Source of the DNA: Vulcanimicrobiota bacterium
Lineage (GTDB): Bacteria > Vulcanimicrobiota > Xenobia > Xenobiales > JADMJV01
NCBI GenBank assembly: GCA_050250895.1
Contig: JBFWNU010000002.1
Location: forward strand, 599,659-663,658
Direction: 5' to 3'
DNA: 64,000 nt
The notes under the pieces were generated by a model, which was given only the letters and a program-made list of their open reading frames with translations, was not told where the DNA came from and ran no database searches. The translations under genes were made by a program, and so were the position numbers. The first letter of the stretch is position 1. Every line of letters begins with the position of its first letter. Below are positions 1 to 9,475 of this stretch, piece by piece.

Positions 1-16
1 CGTCGAAGGCGGCTGG

Positions 17-454
17 ATGGCAACCTCAGACTGGAAATTCCACGTTTCGCTCAACGTCACCGACCTGCCCCGGTCGCTGGCGTTTTACCGGGCTTTGACC
101 GGACTCGAACCGAGCAAGCACAAGCCTGACTATGCCAGGTTCGAGCTGACCGAGCCGCCGGTAGTGTTGACCCTCGGGCCCGGTCCGGTGGGCCTCGGGC
201 ACCTCAATCATATCGGCTTTCGTTGCGCCACCTCGGTCGAGCTGGTCGAAATCCAGCGGCGCCTTGAAGAAGCGGGCGTTACCACCATCCGGGAAGAGGG
301 GGTCGAATGCTGCTATGCCTTGCAGACCAAGTTCTGGGCCCACGACCCCGACGGATTACCCTGGGAGTTCTATGTCTTCACGGCCGACCTCGAACACGCT
401 GGCGACGGCCGCGTGCCCGAGGCCGCCTCGAGCGGCGGCTGTTGCCCGGGCTAG
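17..454 (+). CDS. VOC/glyoxalase family protein, ArsI/CadI-like
   Basis: FHVSLNV N-terminus, LNHIGF, vicinal-Cys ECCYA-QTKFW-DPDG-WE motif and a C-terminal CC, typical of ArsI/CadI. Confidence 0.85.
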   Translation: MATSDWKFHVSLNVTDLPRSLAFYRALTGLEPSKHKPDYARFELTEPPVVLTLGPGPVGLGHLNHIGFRCATSVELVEIQRRLEEAGVTTIREEGVECCYALQTKFWAHDPDGLPWEFYVFTADLEHAGDGRVPEAASSGGCCPG

Positions 455-458
455 CCGA

Positions 459-1079
459 CTATCGTCTGACTGCCTCCGGGTCGAGAATGCCGCTGAGTAA
501 GTCGGCCAGGATAGCCCGCAGCTCGCGCTCGAGGTCGCGCGAAAGGTCGCCCAGACCGTCGACGAGCTTGTCGCGGACCACCCGCAGGGTGGTGTCGCGC
601 AGGTCGTTGAAGTCGCGGATCTCGCTGGGCTTTTGCTCGACGAAGCGTTGGTAATAGACGCTCTGACCGCTCTTGAGCCGCCCATAGACCTGTTCGGTGC
701 TTTTGGCTTTGACCCGAATCGGCAAGAAGGGGTGGTCGACTTCGAAGTGGCCACCGTCGGAATCGGCGATGGTTTGCAGGGTCTCGAGGTAGCGAACGGC
801 TCGCTGCTCGGCTCGGGTAGTGGGAGCGGGTACGGTGGGCTCGGGCGGATTGGTGATGGCGATGGTGCCGATGACTCCTACCGCCAGGCCGAGTCCGACC
901 AACAGCGCGGTCTTGCCCAGGCCGCGCGAACGGGTAGGGGCAGCCGCCGCGAGCGGCAGTTCGAGGCTCGGCTCGAAGCTCTCGACGGGAGGGGCTTGAG
1001 GTTTGGCGGCCGGAGGGGCCGAGCGAGCTAGAGGGCGTGAGAATGTCAGGCGGGGACCGATGGTCTGAAGCTGGGCCAT
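459..1079 (-). CDS. hypothetical protein with a Pro/Ala-rich N-terminal leader and one TM segment
   Basis: 206-aa ORF; hydrophobic stretch ALLVGLGLAVGVIGTIAI; GGAAGG upstream. Confidence 0.65.
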   Translation of the reverse strand: MAQLQTIGPRLTFSRPLARSAPPAAKPQAPPVESFEPSLELPLAAAAPTRSRGLGKTALLVGLGLAVGVIGTIAITNPPEPTVPAPTTRAEQRAVRYLETLQTIADSDGGHFEVDHPFLPIRVKAKSTEQVYGRLKSGQSVYYQRFVEQKPSEIRDFNDLRDTTLRVVRDKLVDGLGDLSRDLERELRAILADLLSGILDPEAVRR

Positions 1080-1146
1080 AGGAACCTTCCAATCCGGAGT
1101 TGTTCCCAGACTAGTGGGCCGGCCTCAGCTAGAGATTTCAGGAAAG

Positions 1147-1542
1147 TTAAATTGTCTCCCAGGCGGCAGCGGCGTCGAGAGCCCCTAACAGAGCGAAGGC
1201 GCGGGCCGCTTTGAGTGCCTCTTCGCGATTGACGATGGCCTTGGCCGGGCAATTCTTGGGCTGGCCAGCCATGATGATCTGATCGTCGCCCTCGATTTCG
1301 GGATGGACCATGGCCACAAAGTCGCCCCAGTCGAAAGTGGCCTGGACAGTGTAGCGGCCGTTAGCTCCGCCACCGATGGCCATGTAACTGTGCTCGGGGG
1401 TATCGAGGGTGAGGAGGGTATGTTCGTGGCCGTCAAGTCGGGTGATGGCGTCGACGATTTCGGGCCAGTCTGGGCTGAGAGTGGATCGGCTCCAGTGCTT
1501 GGATCCTTCTCGCTCGCTTTCGGTCAGAGTCGTGATGACCAC
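1147..1542 (-). CDS. Imm1-family immunity protein
   Basis: LDG..TLLTL..MAIGGG.GRY pattern and a C-terminal A..AA..F...G.L....W, resembling Imm1. Confidence 0.6.
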   Translation of the reverse strand: MVITTLTESEREGSKHWSRSTLSPDWPEIVDAITRLDGHEHTLLTLDTPEHSYMAIGGGANGRYTVQATFDWGDFVAMVHPEIEGDDQIIMAGQPKNCPAKAIVNREEALKAARAFALLGALDAAAAWETI

Positions 1543-1647
1543 CTGGACCTCCTAGAATAAACTAGTTCTATTTTACAGTATCGCTGAGAGGGTGTCAAAG
1601 GACATTCGTACCATGGCGGGGCGAACGTTTTTTCGTTCTTCGGGAGG

Positions 1648-1659
1648 GAACGCATGTTC
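1648..1659. promoter_or_regulatory. putative LexA (Cheo-type) box GAACGCATGTTC
   Basis: GAAC-N4-GTTC with an RNRY spacer, 39 nt upstream of the mreB start. Confidence 0.4.
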
Positions 1660-1698
1660 TTGAATTAAATTCCAGACGATGGGACAGGGAGGGAATTT

Positions 1699-2664
1699 AT
1701 GCGATTGGGACTTGACCTGGGTACCACCGTGGTGCGTGTGGCCAGGGACAAAAAAGGTGTAATTCTCCAAGAGGCGAGCGTCATCGCTGACGATCCGACT
1801 CTGCCGGAGGTCTATACTGTGGGCAATGAGGCCCGAGCGATGGAGGGGCGGACCCCCGACCACGTCAGGGCGCTCAGGCCCCTGCAGGCCGGATGTGTGG
1901 CCGCCCCGCTGGCTGCCCGTGAAATGCTGCGTCTGCTGCTGGGCCGCGCCCTGGGTTGGCGTAAGAAACTCAAGCCTTTTGTGCGCGTGGCCGTGCCGGT
2001 CACCGTGACCAGGTTTGAGCAAGAGGCCCTGGTCGAGGCCCTGACCTACGCCGGGGCCGGCAAGGTGGAACCCGTGCCCAAGCCAATTGCAGCTGCCTTC
2101 GGCATCGACGCTGAAGTGGGCGCCCCGCTGGCCGCCATGGTGGTGGATCTGGGTGGGGGCACCAGCGAGGTGGCTGCCATCTCTCCGGGCATCGTCGTCT
2201 GTGATGCCATCGGCGTGGGAGGGGTCGACCTGGATCGGGCCATCACGGCGCACCTGCGCATCGCTCACGGTCTCGAGATCTCCCCCGAGATGGCCGAAAA
2301 GATCAAGCTTGGCGTAGGCTCCGCCTGGCCCGGCGAGGGTCCTGAGACCTTCCAGGCGGCCGGCCGCGAATTACGCACGCTGTTGCCGCTGCGGGTCGAG
2401 GTTACGTCTGTCGAAATCCGGACAGCCATGCAGGCTCCCCTGGAGCGCATCTTCGACCTGGTTCGTCGCACCCTGGATCGGACTCCCCCGTCCCTGTCTG
2501 AGGATGTGCTGCGGCGCGGAGTGGTGCTCACGGGGGGCGGCGCTCAGTTGCGGGGAATGGCCCGCTTTCTCAGCGAGCGACTGGGACTGGAAGTGAAGAT
2601 CGCTCCCGACCCCACCGGGTGTGTGGCCCGGGGACTATTGCTGGCCCGTCTGGGCATCAACTAA
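1699..2664 (+). CDS. mreB: rod shape-determining protein MreB-like (divergent)
   Basis: GLDLGT, VVDLGGGTSEV, AEKIK and LTGGGAQL actin-fold motifs; first gene of the mre/mrd operon. Confidence 0.85.
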   Translation: MRLGLDLGTTVVRVARDKKGVILQEASVIADDPTLPEVYTVGNEARAMEGRTPDHVRALRPLQAGCVAAPLAAREMLRLLLGRALGWRKKLKPFVRVAVPVTVTRFEQEALVEALTYAGAGKVEPVPKPIAAAFGIDAEVGAPLAAMVVDLGGGTSEVAAISPGIVVCDAIGVGGVDLDRAITAHLRIAHGLEISPEMAEKIKLGVGSAWPGEGPETFQAAGRELRTLLPLRVEVTSVEIRTAMQAPLERIFDLVRRTLDRTPPSLSEDVLRRGVVLTGGGAQLRGMARFLSERLGLEVKIAPDPTGCVARGLLLARLGIN

Positions 2665-2673
2665 GGAGGACGC

Positions 2674-4536
2674 ATGCTGTATACCGAGAGCATGGAGGGG
2701 CCCTCGCCGTTGTTGGCCGAGAAGCCCAAGCAAAACGCCACTCTGGGAGATTCCCTGGCCAATCGCGTAGCCCGTCCTCGCGTGGACGTGGGGGTGTGTC
2801 TGGGTACTTCTCAGGTGCGCCTGACGGTGGGCACCCGCGAAGTCGCCTCGCCCAGTTGCGTGGCCGTCGACTCGGCCAAAGGCAAGGTGCTGGCCCTGGG
2901 CGAGAAGGCTTTTCAGATGGAAGGGCGCGAGCCTCAGGGCGTTTCGATCGTGCGCCCCCTACGTCACGGCGTGGTGGTCGACTATGAGCGGGCTCGCAGC
3001 CTGCTCGGCTCGGCGCTGGAAGCGTCTAAGCACGGCGTGCTGTTTGGCCCGCGGGTGGCGGTGGCCGTGGCCGCCGACCTCTCCAGCGTGGAGTTGAAGG
3101 CTCTCGAGTCGACCGTCCGTGGGGCCGGCGCCCGCGAGGTCTATCTGGTCGACAAAGTGTTGGCTTGCGCGGCCGGAGTGGGTGAAGACGTGCTGGCCCC
3201 CCGCGCTCGGTTGGTGATTCAGTTGGGGGCGGGCACCACCCAGATGGGTGTGATTTCTTTGGGCAATCCGGTCGAATCCAGAGTGATGCGCCGGGGCGGC
3301 CATTCGATGAATGAACTGATCGCCGAACACGTGCGCCGCCAGCACCAGATTCGCATCGACGAGCACACGGCCGATCGCATCAAATGCCAGTTGGGATGTG
3401 CGCTGCCCCTGGCCGAAGAACGCACCCTCGAGATTTCGGGCCGCGGCACCCAGGACGGAAAGCCGGTTTCGGTTACCCTCAATTCGACCGAGGTGGGCCG
3501 GGTCATCCAGCCCGTGCTCGACGCTATCGCCGAAGAAGTGCGGGCGCTGGTGGCCAGCATGTCGTGCCAGTTGCTCACCGACGTGATGGAGGATGGAGCC
3601 ATCTTGACCGGCGGCGGTTCGATGCTACGCCGCCTGGACGAGTTCCTGGAACAAGAGACCCGGTTGCGTTTTCGCCTGCCCACCGGCCACGACCAGGCGG
3701 CCGCCTATGGCATGCGGCGCCTGCTCAACGACCGGCTGCTGCGCCAGCGGGTGTTGGCCCCCAAAGGGCGCGGGGTCGCAAGCCAACCGGGCCGCCCTCG
3801 CAACTGGCTGGTGGCCTCCCTGCTGCTCTCCACCTCGCTGTTGGTGACGGTGACTTTCGCCCGTGATATGCAGATGGGCGGGGGAGGGCTCGACGGCATC
3901 ATGAACACGGTCTTGCAGCCCGCTTACTCAGCGGCCGCACCCGAGCAGAACTGGGACATGACCGAGCGCCTGATGCTCGACGAGAAGGACCGTCGCCTCG
4001 AATCGCTGCGCCAGGAGAACCAGCGCCTGCGAGCGTTGTTGGGCACTCCGGACGGCAGGGTTCCCGAGGGCGCTCGAGTGGCTACGGTGCTGGCTCGCGA
4101 CCCTAAGGGATGGTTGAGCTTCATGCGGCTTGACCTGGGTCGCAAGCACGGCGTCAAGGTCGGCCAGGTGGTCTCCGACGGCAAGAGCCTGGTGGGTAAG
4201 GTCGACTCGGTCAGCGACGAGAGTTGCCGCGTGCGTCTGTTCGTCGATCAGTCCTCGGTGGTAGCCGGCAAAGTGCGCGACACGGCCGGAGTGGTGGTGG
4301 GAAGCACCGACCGCCAGGTTCGGATGCGTTACCTCGACCCCGACGCCCGGGTCAAACCCGGTGACAAGGTCTATACCTCGGGGCTGGACGGCGAATACCC
4401 GAAGGGATTGCTGGTGGGTCGCGTGGTGCGGGTCGACCGGCTCGAGGACGCCAATTTTCAAACGGTGACCGTCGAGCCGACCGCCGACTTCGATCGCTTG
4501 TTTGAAGTCTTGATTCTGGGAGCGCAGGGCTCTTGA
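2674..4536 (+). CDS. mreC: MreB-like/MreC fusion protein
   Basis: N-terminal ~350 aa actin-like (RPLRHGVV.DY, LTGGGSML), one TM helix, coiled coil (LRQENQRLRALL), then MreC beta domain (DLG..HGVKVG, LVGKV, VYTSGLDG.YPKGL.VG); one uninterrupted ORF. Confidence 0.85.
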   Translation: MLYTESMEGPSPLLAEKPKQNATLGDSLANRVARPRVDVGVCLGTSQVRLTVGTREVASPSCVAVDSAKGKVLALGEKAFQMEGREPQGVSIVRPLRHGVVVDYERARSLLGSALEASKHGVLFGPRVAVAVAADLSSVELKALESTVRGAGAREVYLVDKVLACAAGVGEDVLAPRARLVIQLGAGTTQMGVISLGNPVESRVMRRGGHSMNELIAEHVRRQHQIRIDEHTADRIKCQLGCALPLAEERTLEISGRGTQDGKPVSVTLNSTEVGRVIQPVLDAIAEEVRALVASMSCQLLTDVMEDGAILTGGGSMLRRLDEFLEQETRLRFRLPTGHDQAAAYGMRRLLNDRLLRQRVLAPKGRGVASQPGRPRNWLVASLLLSTSLLVTVTFARDMQMGGGGLDGIMNTVLQPAYSAAAPEQNWDMTERLMLDEKDRRLESLRQENQRLRALLGTPDGRVPEGARVATVLARDPKGWLSFMRLDLGRKHGVKVGQVVSDGKSLVGKVDSVSDESCRVRLFVDQSSVVAGKVRDTAGVVVGSTDRQVRMRYLDPDARVKPGDKVYTSGLDGEYPKGLLVGRVVRVDRLEDANFQTVTVEPTADFDRLFEVLILGAQGS

Positions 4537-4979
4537 TCGGCTGGCTCGGGACGGCGGTCCTGATACTGCTGGCCACGGTGCTGCAGAGCACGCACCTGCA
4601 TGGCCTGGGACCAGGCGGGACCACCCCGGACCTGGTTCTTTTGATCGTGCTGGCCGCCGGCCGCCACGGCGGCGAAACGGCCGGCAGTTGGGCCGGCTTT
4701 TGGGGTGGCCTGCTGATCGGGGCCGTGCGTGGGGGTCTGGAAGGGCCGATGGCGGTGCTCTACGTGCTGGCCGGCTGGCTGGCCGGCGCCCATCAAGAGT
4801 CAAGCCTCTTCGAGATGGTGCTGGTCGGTTGTCTGGCCACCGTCTTGATGGTGCTGGGCGAAACGGCCATCATCGCCTTTCTGGGCCTGGCCGGCTCGCT
4901 GACTCTGGCGGGGGTGGTCGGGTTGGCTCTGTTGCACGGGCTTTGTCTGGCCCCCCTGGCGGTGCGGAGCGAAAACTAG
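4533..4979 (+). CDS. mreD: rod shape-determining protein MreD-like membrane protein
   Basis: multi-TM protein with PDLVL and GF.GGLL motifs; lies between mreC and mrdA. Confidence 0.7.
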   Translation: MIGWLGTAVLILLATVLQSTHLHGLGPGGTTPDLVLLIVLAAGRHGGETAGSWAGFWGGLLIGAVRGGLEGPMAVLYVLAGWLAGAHQESSLFEMVLVGCLATVLMVLGETAIIAFLGLAGSLTLAGVVGLALLHGLCLAPLAVRSEN

Positions 4980-6794
4980 GTGGAAGACGAACCGATTCGA
5001 TTGCCTTCGAGCGGTCGCTTTCGGCTTCGATTGGCGGCCATGCTTGGCACCGTGCTGGTGACGATGCTGGCCGCTCGACTTCACCAACTGCAGGTGCTCG
5101 AGCACGAGCTTTATCAGAAGAAGGCCGACCGCAACACCGTCGCCGTCGAACTGGTCTCGCCTCCTCGCGGACGCATCTACGATCACAGCGGCCGGGTGCT
5201 GGTCAGTAACCAGCCACGCTTTGTGGTTAACTGCGTGCCCGCCGAGCTAAAAGACCGCCAGGCCGTCTGCCAGGCTCTGGGCCAGGCCCTGGGCAAGCCG
5301 GCCAGGCCGCTTTTCGACAAAGTTTGCCAGGCCTATCACGAGGCTCCGCTAGAAAGACTGGAACTCGAGACCCGCCTCGACCAGGCCCAGTTGGTGAGGG
5401 TCACGGCTCTGGCTCGGGCCACCCGAGGTCTCTTCGTCGAGTCCCAGTCCATTCGCCGTTACCCGTTTGGCCAGAGGGCCTCGCACCTGTTGGGCACCGT
5501 GGGCGAGATCGACGCCGACGAACTCAAGGAACTGCAAGGCCAGGGCTACCGCGCCCGGGACATCATTGGGAAACGCGGGCTGGAAAAACAGTATGACCGC
5601 TATCTCAAGGGCCACCGCGGAGTGCGCCACCTCAACATCGACGTGCTGGGCCGGACGATTCGCGAGTCGCAAGAGCGCCGTCCCATCATCGGCTGTGACC
5701 TGCATTTGAGCCTGGATTTTGAACTGCAGGGCGTAGCTGAAGCCGCGCTGGCCGAGAAACTGGCCGAACTCAAGCAACTCAATGGTGAAGATTCGGCCGG
5801 AGCGGTGGTGGCCCTCGAGGCTCAGACGGGGCGGGTGCTAGCCCTGGCCAGTCTGCCCCAGTTCGACCCCCGGCCCTTCGCGCGAGGCATCGAGCCCAAA
5901 GAATACAACCGGCTGCTGGCAGACCCCAACTATCCCCTGCTCAGCCGCGCCTTCGGCTCGGCCTTTTCGCCGGGCTCGACCTTCAAGTTGGTCACCAGCA
6001 GCGCCGCTCTGCAGCAAAAGCTCTGCACCGGGGGCTCGGTGTTCTACTGCGGGGGCAGCTATCTCGGGGCCAGTTGCTTCGTGCGCTCGGGCCACGGCAG
6101 TATCAACTTCGAGGATTCGATCGCCCATTCGTGCGATGTGGTCTACTACCGCCTGGGGGCAGAGATGGGCATCGGCAACCTGCGCAAATTCTGTGCTCTC
6201 TATGGCCTGGGTGCTCCCACCGGCATCGACCTGCCCGGCGAAGACGGTGGCCTCTTGCCCAGTCCGGCCTGGAAAGAGAAGTGGGTGGGCGACGAGTGGT
6301 ATGTCGGCGACACCGTCAACATGTCCATCGGACAGGGATTTCTGCTGGTCACGCCCCTTCAAATGGCGGTGGTCACGGCGGCCGTAGCTAACGGCGGTAA
6401 GGTGGTCGAGCCCCACCTGGTCGACCAGATCGTCGATGCCAGCGGGCGGGTCGTCTACCAACACGAGAGCAAGCCCGTTCGCAAACTGCCCATCGATCCG
6501 AAGTATCTTCAGTCGGTTCGTAACGGGATGCGGGGTGCGGTGGCCTATGGAACCTCGGTGGCCGCCGATTCGCCCCTGGCCAGGGTGGGGGGCAAGACGG
6601 GCACGGTCGAAAACTCGCCCAGCGTCTCTAACCACCACGGGCGCAACCACACCTGGTTCGTGTCGTTTGCACCCATCGACAAGCCGCAAATCGTGGTGGT
6701 GGCTTTTCTCGAGAAGTCTGGCGGTTACGGCGGCGGCAATGCCGCCCCGGTGGTGCGCAAGGTGATTGACCACTATTTTGGAGCCCCGCGATGA
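4980..6794 (+). CDS. mrdA: penicillin-binding protein 2
   Basis: PRGRIYD, PGSTFK (SxxK), SCD (SxD) and KTGT motifs; N-terminal TM. Confidence 0.93.
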   Translation: MEDEPIRLPSSGRFRLRLAAMLGTVLVTMLAARLHQLQVLEHELYQKKADRNTVAVELVSPPRGRIYDHSGRVLVSNQPRFVVNCVPAELKDRQAVCQALGQALGKPARPLFDKVCQAYHEAPLERLELETRLDQAQLVRVTALARATRGLFVESQSIRRYPFGQRASHLLGTVGEIDADELKELQGQGYRARDIIGKRGLEKQYDRYLKGHRGVRHLNIDVLGRTIRESQERRPIIGCDLHLSLDFELQGVAEAALAEKLAELKQLNGEDSAGAVVALEAQTGRVLALASLPQFDPRPFARGIEPKEYNRLLADPNYPLLSRAFGSAFSPGSTFKLVTSSAALQQKLCTGGSVFYCGGSYLGASCFVRSGHGSINFEDSIAHSCDVVYYRLGAEMGIGNLRKFCALYGLGAPTGIDLPGEDGGLLPSPAWKEKWVGDEWYVGDTVNMSIGQGFLLVTPLQMAVVTAAVANGGKVVEPHLVDQIVDASGRVVYQHESKPVRKLPIDPKYLQSVRNGMRGAVAYGTSVAADSPLARVGGKTGTVENSPSVSNHHGRNHTWFVSFAPIDKPQIVVVAFLEKSGGYGGGNAAPVVRKVIDHYFGAPR

Positions 6795-7912
6795 AAAGAC
6801 GACTGCTGCCGGTGCTGCTGTGCCAGGACTATCCCCTTTACACCTGCGCCCTGGGGGTGAGCGCCCTGGGTTGGCTGGCGCTGGTGTCGGCCACGCGCTG
6901 GACGGGGGCCGAGGCCGAGCCCAGTCGGCAGGGCCTCTTTCTCTTCATCGGCTGGACCCTGGCCTGGCTGTTGGGCTGCTTGGATTATGACTGGCTACGG
7001 AAGTTGAGCCTTCCCGCCTATCTGGTATGTCTGGGCTCACTGGTAGCCGTGATGGTGCCCGGCATCGGGCAGAGCGCCAAGGGAGCCCAACGCTGGATCG
7101 CCCTGGGCCCCCTGGGCGCCGTTCAGCCTTCCGAGTTCGCCAAGCTGGTCGTGGTCATCGTATTGGCTGCCCTGCTAGCCTGGCGCTCTGACCAGGAGGG
7201 CAAGCCGGCTGCTTCTCTCAAGACTCTGATACTCACCTTTATCGCCATGGGCATACCCTTCGTGCTCATCGCGGCTCAGCCCGATCTTGGCACTGCTCTA
7301 GTCCTGGTGGCCGTCTGCCTGGTCATGGTCTTCGTGGCCGGAGCTTCCCCGGTGGTGCTGGGGGCCTTGATCGCTTCTGGGATAGCCGCCCTGCCCCATG
7401 TGCTCAAGGAATACCAGAAGGACCGGCTAATGATCTATCGCCACCCTGAGCACGATCCGATGGGAATGGGCTACAGCCTGGTCCAGTCGAAAACGGCGAT
7501 CGGATCCGGGGGCATCTTCGGCAAAGGCTTGTTTGCCGGGCACATGACCCAACATGGGTTCGTGCCCGAGAACTGGACCGACTTCATCTTCACCGTGCTG
7601 GGCGAAGAGCTGGGGTTGATCGGCTGTCTCGGCTTTCTAGCTCTGTTCGCCATGCTGCTGATCTGCACCATCCGGGCCGCGCATCTGGCCCACGACCTTT
7701 TCGGCGCGCTGCTGTGCACGGGAGTAGCCACTTTGCTGGCCTTTCAACTGGTGGTCAACGTGGCCATGACCATCGGGTTGGCTCCGGTGGTAGGTCTGCC
7801 GCTGCCGCTGGCGAGCTACGGGGGTAGCGCGCTTTTGACCAACCTTTGTGCGGTAGGAGTGGTGGCTTCGGTGACGGCCACCTCGCGCCGGCGGCAAACG
7901 GCAGAGGAATAG
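6791..7912 (+). CDS. rodA: SEDS glycosyltransferase RodA
   Basis: GAQRWI, QPSEFAK, QPDLGT, PE..TDFIF and SYGGS motifs; follows mrdA. Confidence 0.93.
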   Translation: MKRRLLPVLLCQDYPLYTCALGVSALGWLALVSATRWTGAEAEPSRQGLFLFIGWTLAWLLGCLDYDWLRKLSLPAYLVCLGSLVAVMVPGIGQSAKGAQRWIALGPLGAVQPSEFAKLVVVIVLAALLAWRSDQEGKPAASLKTLILTFIAMGIPFVLIAAQPDLGTALVLVAVCLVMVFVAGASPVVLGALIASGIAALPHVLKEYQKDRLMIYRHPEHDPMGMGYSLVQSKTAIGSGGIFGKGLFAGHMTQHGFVPENWTDFIFTVLGEELGLIGCLGFLALFAMLLICTIRAAHLAHDLFGALLCTGVATLLAFQLVVNVAMTIGLAPVVGLPLPLASYGGSALLTNLCAVGVVASVTATSRRRQTAEE

Positions 7913-7938
7913 CGGGTGGCAAGGTATAACGAGCGCCC

Positions 7939-8682
7939 ATGCGCCGACTGTTCATTCTTCTCCTATTGTTGCTCGCCCCCGCCTGGTCCCAGACCATCCA
8001 CGAGGCCGTCCGAGACGACGACATCAAGGCCGTCACCGAGATGCTCGAGACTCACCCCGACCTGGTCAAGCTTGCTCAGGATGGAGTCAGTCCGCTGCAT
8101 GTGGCCTGCTTTCACGGCCACGCCGCCATGGCCAATCTCTTGCTCGAGAAGGGAGCCGACCTCGAGGCTGTCGACCGCCTGGGCGCCTCGCCCCTGATTC
8201 GGGCTCTGGCCGAGGGTCACTCGACCCTGGCCGTGGCCCTCATCGAGCGGGGAGCCAACGTCAACCGGGCCACCAAACTCGGCGAGACCCCGTTGATGAT
8301 GGCCGCTCGCGAGGGCAATCGGGCCGCCATCGACGCCCTGCTGGCCAAAGGAGCCCAACTCGAGGCTGTTGATGGTCGCAAACGGACGCCCTTACACCAT
8401 GCCGTAGAAGCCGCCAACATGGCGAACATCCAGCGATTACTCGAGGCCGGGGCTAATCTCGAGGCTCTCGACAAGAACGGCCAGTCGGTGCTGCACAAGG
8501 CCTCGTTCATGAGCCAGTCCGAAATCGTGCTGACCTTGCTTCGGGCTGGTGCCAACCGTGAACTGCGTGACTCCCGTGGTCGCACCCCTCAGCGCATCGC
8601 CCTCGAGCGCCGCGACCCTGATCTGGCCCGTCTACTCGAGCCCGGCGCGCCCATTCCTGAAACGAAACCGCAACATCCTTAA
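7939..8682 (+). CDS. secreted ankyrin-repeat protein
   Basis: Sec signal (MRRLFILLLLLLAPAWS) followed by several G.TPL..A ankyrin repeats. Confidence 0.9.
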   Translation: MRRLFILLLLLLAPAWSQTIHEAVRDDDIKAVTEMLETHPDLVKLAQDGVSPLHVACFHGHAAMANLLLEKGADLEAVDRLGASPLIRALAEGHSTLAVALIERGANVNRATKLGETPLMMAAREGNRAAIDALLAKGAQLEAVDGRKRTPLHHAVEAANMANIQRLLEAGANLEALDKNGQSVLHKASFMSQSEIVLTLLRAGANRELRDSRGRTPQRIALERRDPDLARLLEPGAPIPETKPQHP

Positions 8683-8788
8683 CATCGGTAACAAACTGTT
8701 AGCCACTCGGTCGCTAGATGGTCGCTCGCGATCGGTGAGTCTAGAAGCAAGACTATACTATCTTGCGAGGTGCGCGGTGAATTTCGGA

Positions 8789-9475
8789 ATGAATTTTCAG
8801 CTCGGCCTGGGAGTGCCCCAGGCCGGTTATTCAGGCTACTCATGCGGTGGTGGCCAAAACCCCCTGACCGGACTCTTCCAACTCATTCTGGGCCTGATGA
8901 TGGGCCTGCTCGGGGGCGATGTCTGCTCGAACCTGCTGGGTGGTGATTCGCGAGGCCACTGCTTTAGCCCCAACAATCCGAGCTTCGGTACCGGCTTCAA
9001 CCCCGGTCGATCCTTTGGCGCCCCTCTGGGGGGCTTTCTGGGCGCCCCCAACGGCGGCGACACCTTCTCGGCCGGAAATGCTCCTTCGGTCGACCTCGGC
9101 TCGATTCAGGGCGGAACACCCTGGGGGCGCTCGCTGGCCTCCGACGCCGCCCGCAACGCCAACGGACCGGGCGGCTGGTGCTACAAATGGGTAGCCAATG
9201 CCCTGGGCCGCCACGGCGTCAATGTGCACGGAGCCAGTGCCTACATGGCCGCCGACCAGCTGGCCGGCAATCCCAAGTTTCGCGAAGTACGGGTCCCGGC
9301 CAACCAGTTGCGCAACCTGCCTCCCGGTGCGGTCGTGGTCTGGAATCGCGGCGCCGGTCACCCCCACGGCCACATCTCGATCGCTTTAGGCGACGGCCGC
9401 GAGGCCAGCGACAAGATTCGCAATCAAATCACCAACTACGGTACCTCCTTCCGAGTCTTTCTGCCGAACCAATGA
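8789..9475 (+). CDS. Gly-rich N-terminus plus C-terminal CHAP/NlpC-P60-like amidase domain
   Basis: GWCYKWV (Cys), GAVVVW and HGHISI (His) motifs; start taken at ATG 8789 because the longer ORF overlaps the ankyrin gene. Confidence 0.65.
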   Translation: MNFQLGLGVPQAGYSGYSCGGGQNPLTGLFQLILGLMMGLLGGDVCSNLLGGDSRGHCFSPNNPSFGTGFNPGRSFGAPLGGFLGAPNGGDTFSAGNAPSVDLGSIQGGTPWGRSLASDAARNANGPGGWCYKWVANALGRHGVNVHGASAYMAADQLAGNPKFREVRVPANQLRNLPPGAVVVWNRGAGHPHGHISIALGDGREASDKIRNQITNYGTSFRVFLPNQ

